A stretch of 64,000 bases of DNA, taken from positions 896,001 to 960,000 of the forward strand of contig CAVTCS010000003.1 in assembly GCA_963733295.1 (NCBI GenBank), in the 5' to 3' direction. The position numbers and the translations under genes were made by a program. Shown in pieces: positions 27,283 through 37,356 of this stretch. Below the pieces are notes generated by a model. It was given only the letters and a program-made list of their open reading frames with translations, was not told the DNA's origin and did no database searches. Each line of letters opens with the position of its first letter. Within the stretch, counting starts at the first letter, position 1. The stretch is from Vulcanimicrobiota bacterium (GTDB lineage: Bacteria > Vulcanimicrobiota > Vulcanimicrobiia > Vulcanimicrobiales > Vulcanimicrobiaceae).

Positions 27283-29890
27283 GTGCCCGACCTTCCCGAA
27301 CTCGCGAAAAGCTACGAACCCTCCGCCGTTGAAGCGCGCCGCTACGCCGTCTGGCTCGAGAGCGGCGTTTTTCATGAGGAACCCGACCCGGCCCGGCCTC
27401 CCTTCATCATCTCGATGCCGCCGCCGAACATCACCGGTCGCGCGCACCTCGGCACGAGCTCGACCTTCACGCCGATGGACATCCTCACGCGCTATCACCG
27501 CATGCTCGGCGAGAACGCCGATTGGCTTCCGGGTCAAGACCACGCCGCGATCGCGACCGAGGCGGTTCTCGTTCGCGAACTCGCCAAGGAAGGTCTCACT
27601 CGCGAAGGCATCGGACGCGAAGCCTTCCTCGAGCGTGCGTGGCAGTGGCGCGAGCAGTACGGGGGTGAGATCAACGAGGCGTTCCGCGCGCTCGGATTCG
27701 GACCGGACTGGTCGCGCGAGCGGTTTACGCTCGATGACGGCCTTTCGGCAGCCGTCGGCAAGGTGTTCGTGCAACTGTACCGCGACGGGCTCATCTATCG
27801 CGGGACGCGTCTGATCAACTGGGATCCGGTTTCGCAGTCGACGTTGTCCGATGCGGAGGTCGAGGACGAAGAGCGCGACGGATTTCTCTGGCACATCCGC
27901 TATCCGGGCGAGGACGGCTCGTTCTCCATCGAAGTCGCGACGACGCGTCCCGAAACGATGCTCGGCGATACCGCCGTCGCCGTTCATCCCGGCGACGAGC
28001 GCTACGCGCACCTCGTCGGGAAGCACGTGCGCCTGCCGCTGGTGGGCCGCTCGATCCCGATCCTCGCGGACGCGGCCGTCGAACGTGACTTCGGGAGCGG
28101 TGCGGTCAAGGTGACGCCGGCGCACGATCCGCTCGACAACGAGATCGGCGAGCGGCACGGCCTGCCGATGCCGAGCGTGATCGGATTCGACGCGAAGATG
28201 ACGAGCGAAGCGCCTGCGCCCTACGCCGGGCTCGATCGCTTCGAAGCGCGCAAGGCCGTCGTGCGGGATCTCGAAGCGCAAGGTCTGCTGGTCAAGGTCG
28301 AGCCGCGCCGGCACGTCGTGCCGGTGAGTTCGCGCAGCGGCGCGGTGGTCGAGCCGTTGCTTTCGCTGCAGTGGTTCTGCAAGATGGAAACGCTCGCCAA
28401 GCCCGCGCTGGAAGCTTACCGCGACGGACGAGTCCGCTTCGTTCCCGAGCGTTTCGGACGGACCTTCGAACACGGTCTCGAGAACATCAAGGACTGGAAC
28501 ATCTCGCGTCAGGTCTGGTGGGGACACCGCTTGCCGGTTTGGTACACTCCGAACGGCGACGAGGTCGTGGCGGAAACCGAAGCCGAAGCGTTGCGCATCG
28601 CGCGGGAGCGTTTCGATGCGAGCGAGCTGCGTCAGCGATTCGGATACGCTCGACACCTGGTTCTCGAGCGCGCTCTGGCCGTTCTCGATCTTAGGCTGGC
28701 CCGAACGGACCCCCGAACTCGAGCACTGGTACCCGAACCAAGTCCTGATCACGAGCCGCGACATCATCTTCCTCTGGGTCAGCCGCATGATGATGCTCGG
28801 CCTGCGTTTCGCCGGCGGGATCCCGTTCAGCCGGGTCTTCATCACGCCGCTCGTCTTCGACTTGCAGGGCCGCAAGATGTCGAAGAGCTTGAACAACGCG
28901 ATCGATCCGCTCGACCTGACCGCGAAATACGGAGCCGACGCGACGCGTTTCGGCATCGTGCGCCAGATGCGGCTCGAATCGCAGGAGCTGCGCTTCGACG
29001 AACGCGCGTGCGAGAAGTCCCGCGAGTTCAACAACAAGTTGTGGAACGCGCTGCGCTACGTGGCGAGCTTGAGCGAAGGGCTGCCCGCGCGCGGGCACGC
29101 TGCCGAAGAGCGAGGCGCTCTCGCTGGCCGACAAGTGGATCCTGACGCGGCTCGCCTCGACCGTCGAACGGACCACCCACGCCCTCGACCGCTTCGAGTT
29201 CGGCGTCGCGGCCGAGACCTTGCAAGAGTTCACGTGGTACGAATTCTGCGACTGGTACATCGAGGCGACGAAAGCTCCCGCGGCCGCCGCGACGCGCGGC
29301 GCGGTCTTGTCGTACGCCATGAACGTGCTGATGCGGCTCATCCATCCGATCGCGCCGTTCATCAGCGAGGAAATTTGGCAGGCTCTACCGCACGACGGTG
29401 CCACGATCGTGACGGCATCCTGGCCCGACGCCGAGCGAGATTCCCGTCGACCACGCCGCGGCCGCCCGCTACGAGCGTTTGCGGGAAGTCGTGCGGCGCG
29501 CCCGCGAGGTGCGAGTCGAACTCGGCCTGGCGCCGCAGCAGCGCTTGACGCTCGAGGTGCCGCTCGGCGCTCGATATCCGACGCGCGCACGCTGCTCGCG
29601 TTGCACGCGCACGCCGACGTCGCGGAGAGCTCCCAGAGGGGCTCGAACGGCGAGATCCCTTGCAGGCGGTGACCGTTCGCGCTCCGGCCGGCGTTTTGCG
29701 TACGCGCTACGCCAAGGACCTCTCGCGGTTGGACGCCGAGGTGGAGCGCTTGGAGAAGAAGCTCGCCAACGCACAGTTCACGAGCAAGGCCTCGGCCGAG
29801 ATCGTTGCGAAGGAGCGCGAAAAGCTCACCGGCTACGAAGCCGAACGCACACGCGTTCGCGAATTGCTCGCCGGGGTGCCAGCGGAGTGA
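27283..29890 (+). CDS. valS: Valine--tRNA ligase (multiple frameshifts, probably sequence errors)
   Basis: PPPNITG, ATTRPETMLGD, DWNISRQ.WWGH, DTLDTWFSS, KMSKS, FCDWYIE and the C-terminal coiled coil are spread over successive frames. Confidence 0.93.
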
Positions 29891-29894
29891 CCCG

Positions 29895-30455
29895 ATGAAG
29901 AGCGCGCTCGAAGCCCTGCGCGAACGCACGTTGATGTCGGCGCGGCAAATCGATCGCGTGCTGGCGCGCATCGCGCATCAAATTCTCGAGCCGGACGACG
30001 CGCAGGACGGGGTCGTCTTGATCGGCATTCGCCGCGGCGGCGAACAGCTCGCTCGGCGCTTGGCGGCCAAAGTCGAGGAAATCAGCGGCGAACGCCCGAG
30101 CCTCGGGTTCTTGAACATCAATCTGTACCGCGACGACGACGTCGCGCGCGCGCTGCCGGAATCGGAGATCCACGAAGACCTCACCGGAAAAGTCGTCGTC
30201 ATCTGCGACGACGTGTTGTTCACCGGCCGCACCGTCCGATCGGCGCTCGACGCGGTTACCGATCTCGGGCGGCCCAGCGTGATTCGCCTCGCGGTCCTGG
30301 TCGACCGCGGGTTGCGCGAACTGCCTGTCCAGGGCGACTACGTCGGCAAGACGATTCCGACCAGCCGGCGCGAGCACATCGAGGTTTCCCTCGCCAAGAC
30401 GTACTCGCCGGAAGACCGCGTGGTCATCCGCAGCGACGAGCATGCGGGGTCGTAG
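29895..30455 (+). CDS. pyrR: Pyrimidine regulatory protein / uracil phosphoribosyltransferase
   Basis: RIAHQILE, LYRDD, DDVLFTGRTVRSALD, LVDRG.RELP...DYVG. Confidence 0.95.
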   Translation: MKSALEALRERTLMSARQIDRVLARIAHQILEPDDAQDGVVLIGIRRGGEQLARRLAAKVEEISGERPSLGFLNINLYRDDDVARALPESEIHEDLTGKVVVICDDVLFTGRTVRSALDAVTDLGRPSVIRLAVLVDRGLRELPVQGDYVGKTIPTSRREHIEVSLAKTYSPEDRVVIRSDEHAGS

Positions 30456-31356
30456 CCTTCTCGATCTCGACGATCTCGAACCGTCCGAGCTGCGCTATCT
30501 CTTAGAACTGGCGCGCCGCTTCGACGCCGACCCGCCTTCGCGCGAACTGCTGCGCGGCGTTTCGGTCGTCAACCTTTTCTTCGAACCGAGCACGCGCACG
30601 TACACCTCGTTCGCGATCGCCGAAGCTCGCGTCGGAGCCGACGTGGTCGCGCTTCCGCCGGGCTCGTCCAGCCTCGGCAAAGGCGAGACGATCGCCGACA
30701 CCGCGATCACGCTGGCGGCAATGGGCGTGCGCGTGATCGTGACGCGGCATCCCGAATCGGGTTTCCCCTATCGCTTGGCGGAAGCGTTCGAGGGTCACGT
30801 GATCAATGCGGGCGACGGGCGCCACGCCCACCCGACGCAAGCACTCCTCGATTTGCTCACGCTACAGATCGAGTTCGGACGGATCGAGGGTCTGCGCGTG
30901 GCGCTGGTCGGCGACATCGCGCATAGCCGGGTCGCGCGCTCGAACGTGATCGGACTTCGCGCGCTTGGTGCGGAGGTTACGCTCGTCGGGCCGCCCACGC
31001 TCTTGCCGGCTTCGATGGAACAACCCGGCGTGCGCATCTCGCGCGATCTCGATCGCGTCCTCCCCGAGGTGGACGCGGTCATGCTGTTGCGCATCCAACG
31101 CGAACGCATCGCTTCGGCCGTCTTACCGTCGCTCGAAGACTACGCGCGGAACTATCGCCTGGATGCCCGGCGTTTGCAGGCCTTGAGGCCGCAGGCGATC
31201 GTCATGCACCCTGGACCGTACAATCGGGGCGTCGAGTTGACCGAAGACGTGCTCGGGTTCGCCGGCTGGCGTTACGCACAGCAGGTCTCGCACGGCGTGC
31301 CTGTCCGCATGGCGGTTCTCGACTTTCTCGTGCACGGCGCCGCCGCGCCCGTCTAA
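30442..31356 (+). CDS. pyrB: Aspartate carbamoyltransferase catalytic subunit
   Basis: FFEPSTRT, NAGDG.H.HPTQALLD, HSRVARS, MHPGP.NRG.E. Confidence 0.97.
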   Translation: MRGRSLLDLDDLEPSELRYLLELARRFDADPPSRELLRGVSVVNLFFEPSTRTYTSFAIAEARVGADVVALPPGSSSLGKGETIADTAITLAAMGVRVIVTRHPESGFPYRLAEAFEGHVINAGDGRHAHPTQALLDLLTLQIEFGRIEGLRVALVGDIAHSRVARSNVIGLRALGAEVTLVGPPTLLPASMEQPGVRISRDLDRVLPEVDAVMLLRIQRERIASAVLPSLEDYARNYRLDARRLQALRPQAIVMHPGPYNRGVELTEDVLGFAGWRYAQQVSHGVPVRMAVLDFLVHGAAAPV

Positions 31357-31378
31357 TTCGTCCGGAAAACGCAGCGCG

Positions 31379-32896
31379 CTAGCGCGCCATCGACGCGTAT
31401 TCTTCGGCTTCTTCGATCCTCGAGAGGACCCAATCGAATTGGCCGCTCATGACGGCCGCGCCGCAATAGGTGCACTGACCGATTTGGTTGAGCGTGAGCG
31501 GCGCACCGCAGTTGGGACAGGTCTTGGAATTGAGGCCGGGAGCGCCGCTCTTGGCGGCGACGCCGCGTTGGAAGGTCCAGAACTCGACGAACGGGCGCGG
31601 GGTGCGGTCGCCGAACACGATCGCGCCCGTGCTTTCGTCGGTTTCGTAGTCGGCGCACGTCGCGCTCACGCGCACCGTCACGTCGTCAAAGGCGCGTCCG
31701 TGCACGACCTTCACCGGCTGCACCGCATCGACGCGCAATCCTTCGAGAACGTTGCGGCGACGGTCGGCGATCATGCGCTCGAGCTGGCTGCGCCAGCCGA
31801 AGTAGCAGCCCGGACTGAGGAACGTGCGTGCAGTGTTGACGTCGCGGGCTTGCCAGGCCGTTTGCAGCGTAAAGAACGCCTTCTCGACGCGTGCCAGAAA
31901 GGCGCGCTCGTCGAAGGCCGGATCCGCGGCTCGCAACTTGGCGAAGCCTTCCACCGGAGCGAGCACCTCGGCGCCGTCGAGCGCGCCTGCGGCGCCGCCC
32001 CAGAAGGCGGTACGCTCGACGGCGGTCACCGTCCAGTCGAAGCGTCCCGCGTTGACCACCTCTCCGCAGTGAGCGCAGGCGCCGGTTTCGCTCAGCGCGA
32101 GCGGAGCGCCGCAGTTCGGGCACTTCTGCGCGATCACGCCGCCCGAGACGACCGTCGCGAGACCCGCGGCCCGCCCGAAGTGCCACAGCTCGCCGAAGCG
32201 CAGGTCGTCGCCGTCATCGGCCACGAGCGTCCCCGCTGTGTCGAAGACTTTTATGCGCGCGACGGCATCGATGTGAATTGCGAGCGCGTCGCCGGTCTCG
32301 TCGTGCTGCGCGCTCGTGAGGTGGAGACCGCGAACGTTGAGGCTCTCGAAGAGGACGTGCTTGCCGGCGGCGTGCAGCGTTGCGAGTTCACCGGACCAGC
32401 GCGCGAAGAGCGGAGGCGCGAGGTACGCGCGGCCGCCGGCCGCGTCACCTTTTTCGAAAGCCGCCTTGACCAAGTAGAACGTCATTTCGGCGCGTTGCAG
32501 GAACGTCTCGAGTTCGAAGCCGGGATCCGCGCTCCGCAACGCCGCCAGCACGGCATCGAGGCTCGCGGGAGTTGCGCTTTGCGGCGTCGCGGGCGGCAGC
32601 GGCGGACTCGGGGAAAATTCGTCTTCGGGAGGCGGCAACGCGGGACTGGCGATGAACGTCCGCAGCGCCCAGCGTGCGACGAGAAAGCAGACGAAGGTAA
32701 TCGCAATGATGAGGACGATCGTGGTCAACGACGGAAAACCGCCGTACCAGGCGCCGGGATAATAACCCGAACCGGCGTGCGAGCCGCCGAAACCGCCGCC
32801 GTGTCCGCCGCCTCCGCCGTGGCCGCCGCCCCCGCCATGTCCGCCGCCTCCGCCGCGGGCGATGACGAAGCTCGGAGTTAGAGTTTCGTCCCGCAC
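31379..32896 (-). CDS. Membrane-anchored protein with two Tim44-like domains, each followed by a CxxC..CxxC zinc ribbon; N-terminal Gly/His repeats; start uncertain
   Basis: Repeated DP.F....FL.R.E..F and E.W.F.R motifs; CPNCGAPL...G.C..CG twice; (GGGGGH)x3 before a TM helix. Confidence 0.75.
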   Translation of the reverse strand: MRDETLTPSFVIARGGGGGHGGGGGHGGGGGHGGGFGGSHAGSGYYPGAWYGGFPSLTTIVLIIAITFVCFLVARWALRTFIASPALPPPEDEFSPSPPLPPATPQSATPASLDAVLAALRSADPGFELETFLQRAEMTFYLVKAAFEKGDAAGGRAYLAPPLFARWSGELATLHAAGKHVLFESLNVRGLHLTSAQHDETGDALAIHIDAVARIKVFDTAGTLVADDGDDLRFGELWHFGRAAGLATVVSGGVIAQKCPNCGAPLALSETGACAHCGEVVNAGRFDWTVTAVERTAFWGGAAGALDGAEVLAPVEGFAKLRAADPAFDERAFLARVEKAFFTLQTAWQARDVNTARTFLSPGCYFGWRSQLERMIADRRRNVLEGLRVDAVQPVKVVHGRAFDDVTVRVSATCADYETDESTGAIVFGDRTPRPFVEFWTFQRGVAAKSGAPGLNSKTCPNCGAPLTLNQIGQCTYCGAAVMSGQFDWVLSRIEEAEEYASMAR

Positions 32897-33969
32897 GCCG
32901 CGCAGAATTTGGAACCGGCCGGCGACTCGGCGCCGCACGCGCTACAGCGAAGCGGAGCGGGCGCCAGTGCGGCGCCGCAATTCGCGCAGAACTTCGCGCC
33001 CGCCGCTGCAACCGCGCCGCACTGCGGGCAGGCCACACCTTCGGGGGCCTTTGCCGGCGCGGGTTGCGCGGGTGCCGCGCCCGCAGGTGTGGCCGGCGTG
33101 GCCGCGGCTCCCGCAAACACGTTGGACAACCCGACACCGAGACCCAGCAGCGCGGCGTTCCCGGCTCCTTCGCCTTTGGCGGCGCCTTCGCCGATGCCGC
33201 GCAGCGCTTCGCCTGCGCCGTATTGCGTGAAGCTTCCGGCGAGCTTCGTATAGCTGACGTCGCGCCGGTAGTTCTTCAACGTCGCCGCGTCCTCGTCGCT
33301 GAGCGAGACCGTGAAATTGCCCATGCGTGCGATCGAGACGCCGTAGGGCGCGACGTTTTGCTGGACGGAAGCCAGCGTCGCCTGCTCGATCTCGCCGGTG
33401 TGCGTCGCGATGCCGAGGATCGCCCACTTGCCGTCGACGATCTGGCTGACGACCTCGGTGCGCAAAGATTTGAGGACCATCTCGCGCATCCAGTCGGTGA
33501 TTTCTTCGTTCGTCGACAGATTTTGAGAACCGACAAGGTTGACGATCAGCGCGCTCGCATCGACGATCTTGAGCGAGTAGTCGCCGAAAACTCGCAGGCC
33601 GACCGCGAGCGAGGTGTCGGGATCGAGCACGTTATCGACGACGCCGCCGAAGGGCAGGCTCGTGAATTCGCGCGTTCCGACGAAATAGAGCTCGCTCCGG
33701 AAAAGGTTGCCGCCGGTCGCGGCATCGACCAATATCCCGAGAAACGGAATCTGACTGCTGTCGAGCGTGTAGCGCCCCGGCGGGAACGTTCCGGCTACCT
33801 TACCGTCGCGGAAGAAGACCGCCGTCTCGTCGGCCTCGACCGTCAACTGGCTGAGCTTGCGAATCGTCGCGTTCGGCCACTTGTAGACGATTTGGTCCTT
33901 CGACGCGTCGGGACGTGCGATGAACTCGCCGCGAAGTTCGCCGAGCAATTTGTCTGCGAAAAAACCCAC
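32878..33969 (-). CDS. SPFH (band 7)-domain protein with C-terminal double zinc ribbon
   Basis: GAGGAG SD + GTG at 33969; SQLTV...E.AVF.RDGK....PGRYTL; CPQCG...KFCANCG...CSACG...KFCAACG. Confidence 0.85.
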   Translation of the reverse strand: MGFFADKLLGELRGEFIARPDASKDQIVYKWPNATIRKLSQLTVEADETAVFFRDGKVAGTFPPGRYTLDSSQIPFLGILVDAATGGNLFRSELYFVGTREFTSLPFGGVVDNVLDPDTSLAVGLRVFGDYSLKIVDASALIVNLVGSQNLSTNEEITDWMREMVLKSLRTEVVSQIVDGKWAILGIATHTGEIEQATLASVQQNVAPYGVSIARMGNFTVSLSDEDAATLKNYRRDVSYTKLAGSFTQYGAGEALRGIGEGAAKGEGAGNAALLGLGVGLSNVFAGAAATPATPAGAAPAQPAPAKAPEGVACPQCGAVAAAGAKFCANCGAALAPAPLRCSACGAESPAGSKFCAACGTKL

Positions 33970-34124
33970 GAGACCAGGCTCCTCTAGGAAGGCTCTACCG
34001 TCTCCCCTACCGCGAAAAGACGCTTCGGTTGCAGTCCGGCCCTTGCGAAATTCCGGGGCGTCCGGGCGGCACCTGGGAAGCGCGGCGAAGGCGCGGAGCG
34101 GCCGGGCGCACAAAGCACGCTGGA

Positions 34125-35429
34125 ATGTCTGCGCTCCTGGTCCTCGGCGGCCGCGTCGTCGATCCGTCGCAAGCCCTCGATGCCCGGCGCGACGTTTTGA
34201 TTCGGGACGGACGCATCGCCGAGATCGGCGAGCACCTGAGCGCCGACGGAGCGGAAACGCTCGATGCGCGGGAGGCCGTGGTGGTGCCGGGTTTCATCGA
34301 CATGCACGTGCACCTGCGCGAGCCCGGTCTGACCCACAAGGAAACGATCGCGACCGGCAGCGCGGCGGCGGTGGCCGGCGGCTTTACCGCGGTGGCCTGC
34401 ATGCCGAACACCGAACCGGCGCTCGATTCGCCCGCCCTGATCGCCGAAGTGCTGCGGCTTGCCGCCGCGGCCGGCCTGGCGCGCGTCTATCCGATCGGCG
34501 CGCTGACGCGCTCTCGCGCGGGAGTCGAGCTCGCGCCCTATTGGCAACTGCACGACGCCGGCGCCGTCGCCTTCAGCGACGACGGTTTCCCGGTCGACAA
34601 CCCGAGGGTTCTACGCCAAGCCGCGGCGTACGCGCGCGACGTACCGGGCGTCTTCATCTCGCACTGCGAGGATCGCCAGCTCGCCGAGCACTCCGTCATG
34701 AACGAAGGGACGGAGTCCTTGCGCCTGGGGCTCCACGGTGCGCCCGGTTTGGCCGAAGACGTACAGGTCGCGCGCGACCTGCTGGTAAGCGGTGAAACCG
34801 GGAAAGCCTTTCACATCGCGCACCTCTCGACGGCGACGAGCGTCGAACTGATCAAGTTCGCGCGCGCGCAGCGGTTCGCGGTCAGTTGCGAGGTGACGCC
34901 GCACCACTTGCTCTTGAGCGACGTACGCTTTGGCGGCTACCGCGCCGACGCGAAGGTGAACCCGCCGCTGCGGGCGGAGCGCGACGTGTCGGCCTTGCGC
35001 GCCGCGGTGCGCGACGGCACGATCGATGTCTTCGCGAGCGATCACGCGCCCCACATGCGTGAGGAGAAGGCCGGGCTTTTGGGCGACGCGCCGGCCGGTT
35101 TCTCCGGTCTCGAGACCGCGCTCGGCGCGTACGCGCTGGCACTGCCGGATCTGCCGCTCGCGCGTTTCGTCGAGATGCTCTCGCTCAACCCGGCGCGCAT
35201 CCTCGGCGTCGCGGGCGGAAGTCTGCGGGTCGGTTCGGTCGCCGACCTCACCGTATTTGCCGACCGCTCGTGGACGGTCGACACAGCGCGATTCTATTCG
35301 CTCGGGAAAAACTCGGCTTTCGACGGCGCAACGCTGCCGCGCCGCGCGCTCGCCACGGTCGTCGGCGGCGAGGTGCTGATGCGCGACGGAGTCGTACGCG
35401 GCGCCGGCGTCGCGGTGCGCGCCCGATGA
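34125..35429 (+). CDS. pyrC: Dihydroorotase
   Basis: PGFIDMHVHLREPG, MPNT.P, EVTPHHL, KVNPPLR, SDHAPH. Confidence 0.95.
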   Translation: MSALLVLGGRVVDPSQALDARRDVLIRDGRIAEIGEHLSADGAETLDAREAVVVPGFIDMHVHLREPGLTHKETIATGSAAAVAGGFTAVACMPNTEPALDSPALIAEVLRLAAAAGLARVYPIGALTRSRAGVELAPYWQLHDAGAVAFSDDGFPVDNPRVLRQAAAYARDVPGVFISHCEDRQLAEHSVMNEGTESLRLGLHGAPGLAEDVQVARDLLVSGETGKAFHIAHLSTATSVELIKFARAQRFAVSCEVTPHHLLLSDVRFGGYRADAKVNPPLRAERDVSALRAAVRDGTIDVFASDHAPHMREEKAGLLGDAPAGFSGLETALGAYALALPDLPLARFVEMLSLNPARILGVAGGSLRVGSVADLTVFADRSWTVDTARFYSLGKNSAFDGATLPRRALATVVGGEVLMRDGVVRGAGVAVRAR

Positions 35430-36508
35430 CGAAACCCGCGGCATTGCTGCTTGCCGACGGCACGCGATTCGACGGCGATGGAATCGGGCCGGACGCGGTG
35501 GCGCTGGGGGAAGCGGTTTTCTACACCGGGATGACCGGCTACGAAGAGGCCTTGACCGATCCGTCCTACGCAGGACAAATCCTGACGTTCACGTTCCCCG
35601 AGATCGGGAACTACGGCATCTCCGGCATCGCAGCGCAGCACCCGCACGCTTGCGTCGCGGGGGCGGTGATGAAGCACATCTCGCGCCATCCCTCGCATCA
35701 CGCCTCGAAGTCCGACCTTCCCTCGTGGCTTGCGGCAGAAGGCGTGCCTACTCTCACCGGAATCGATACCCGCCGTTTGACGACGGTCTTGCGCGAACAC
35801 GGAACGATTCGCGCCGGCCTCGCGGTCGGCGAAGAAGCTCTAGCGCGTCTCGAGCCGGCGCTCGTTCCCTACGCTCGCGAGACGTCGACGGTGGGACTCG
35901 TCGCACAAGTAGCCGCGCGCGAGATCGCGCACCTGGGCCGCGATGCGCCGGGTCCCCACATCGTGCTCATCGACTGTGGCGTGAAGCGCGCGATCCTGCG
36001 CAATCTCGGCGCGCTCGGCGCGCGCGTCACCGTCGTACCGTACACGAGCGATGCGGCGGAAATCCGGGCGCTCGCGCCGGACGCGGTCGTCATTTCGCCT
36101 GGCCCCGGCGATCCCGTCGACGTGCCCGAAACGATCGAGACGCTGCGCGGGCTGATGGGAAGTATGCCGATGTTCGGCGTGTGCCTCGGGCACCAGCTCC
36201 TGGCGCTCGCTTGCGGCGCCCGGACGTACAAGTTGCCCTACGGCCATCGGGGTGGAAATCAACCGGTCAAAGACCTGGTGCGCGACGCGGTACTTATCAC
36301 CGCTCACAATCACGGCTATGCGGTAGCGGGTGAGTCGCTGCCGGCCGAATTGGAAGCGACGATGGTCAACCTCAACGATGGAACCAACGAAGGGTTCCGT
36401 CACCGCGAGCTTCCGATCGCAGCCGTTCAATTTCATCCCGAAGCGTCGCCCGGACCGTTCGACGCTCGTTTCTTGTTCGCCGAGTGGCTTTCATCGCTCG
36501 CCTCTTGA
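35426..36508 (+). CDS. carA: Carbamoyl-phosphate synthase small subunit
   Basis: TGMTGY.E.LTDPSY.GQ, PGPGDP, GVCLGHQ, QFHPEASPGP. Confidence 0.97.
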   Translation: MTKPAALLLADGTRFDGDGIGPDAVALGEAVFYTGMTGYEEALTDPSYAGQILTFTFPEIGNYGISGIAAQHPHACVAGAVMKHISRHPSHHASKSDLPSWLAAEGVPTLTGIDTRRLTTVLREHGTIRAGLAVGEEALARLEPALVPYARETSTVGLVAQVAAREIAHLGRDAPGPHIVLIDCGVKRAILRNLGALGARVTVVPYTSDAAEIRALAPDAVVISPGPGDPVDVPETIETLRGLMGSMPMFGVCLGHQLLALACGARTYKLPYGHRGGNQPVKDLVRDAVLITAHNHGYAVAGESLPAELEATMVNLNDGTNEGFRHRELPIAAVQFHPEASPGPFDARFLFAEWLSSLAS

Positions 36509-37356
36509 GCGCGGTCCTTGCGTTCGCGCTCGCAGCGGCGCCGGGTTTCGCGCTGGCTCAGTCGCTCGCGCGGCTCCACGTCCGTTCCTTCGAGATGACC
36601 GCCGATCGCTCCGACGTGAGGGTCGGCGAGACGGTGCACCTCCGCATCACCGCGCTCTTGGGTGGACGGATCGACCGTCTGAACAACGTCACGCTGCCGG
36701 ACTTGTCGGGATTCGACTTGCTCGGCGACGAGCGGAGTTGCTATCCCGATACCGACGGCGGGACGCGCTGCGTCGAGGTGATGGCGATCTCGCCCCAGCA
36801 GACCGGTGACTTGACGATCGCGCCGGCCACGCTCGATGCGATCGACGCGCGCACCGGGAAAGCCAGCCGTTTCGCCACCGGCAACATTACGATCCGAGTC
36901 GAGGCCGACCCCGACACCTGGCTCTCGTCTTGGCTCTCGGCGGTCGGCAGCGTGTTCTGGCCCCTGCTGCGTTTGGCCGGGATCGTGGTGCTGGCAGCTC
37001 TCGCGCTCGGTGCGATCGCGTGGGCCTTCGGTCGTCCGCGCGCCGCCCCCGCACCGCTTGCAGCGACTCCAGCCGTCGCGGCGGCGCAACCTCCGGCGAG
37101 CGACGATTTCGGCTTGCTGATCGCGCGGCTCGCAGCCGAGCCGACGCGTGCGAACGTCGTGGCCGTTCGCGAGGCCCTGTGGCGCCGTATCGGCGCGCAT
37201 CCCGACGAAACGTTCGGAGATCTGCTAGCGCGCAAAGCGCACGGTGAGGACCGCGAACTGCTGGCGACGATGCGCGCGATCGAGCGCGCCGCGTTCTGCG
37301 AACAGGAACGGCTGGTGGAGGCAATCCAGGACGCTTTGCGGGCGCTGCATCGTTGA
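36484..37356 (+). CDS. BatD-like exported/membrane protein
   Basis: Signal peptide; DRSDVRVGETV.L.I, LPDLSGF, P...G.LTI.P Ig-like pattern; internal TM; directly upstream of moxR. Confidence 0.55.
   Translation: MAFIARLLSAVLAFALAAAPGFALAQSLARLHVRSFEMTADRSDVRVGETVHLRITALLGGRIDRLNNVTLPDLSGFDLLGDERSCYPDTDGGTRCVEVMAISPQQTGDLTIAPATLDAIDARTGKASRFATGNITIRVEADPDTWLSSWLSAVGSVFWPLLRLAGIVVLAALALGAIAWAFGRPRAAPAPLAATPAVAAAQPPASDDFGLLIARLAAEPTRANVVAVREALWRRIGAHPDETFGDLLARKAHGEDRELLATMRAIERAAFCEQERLVEAIQDALRALHR

Noticed and set aside
27415..27480. Aberrant ValRS HIGH motif (HLGT instead of HxGH)
   Set aside because: It lies in the error-rich zone and could be explained by a compensating indel pair; not trustworthy without reads.
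27283..29890. valS as a true pseudogene or programmed frameshift gene
   Set aside because: It is an essential gene, the shifts are numerous, lack slippery-site signatures and also affect the neighbouring gene; error is more parsimonious.
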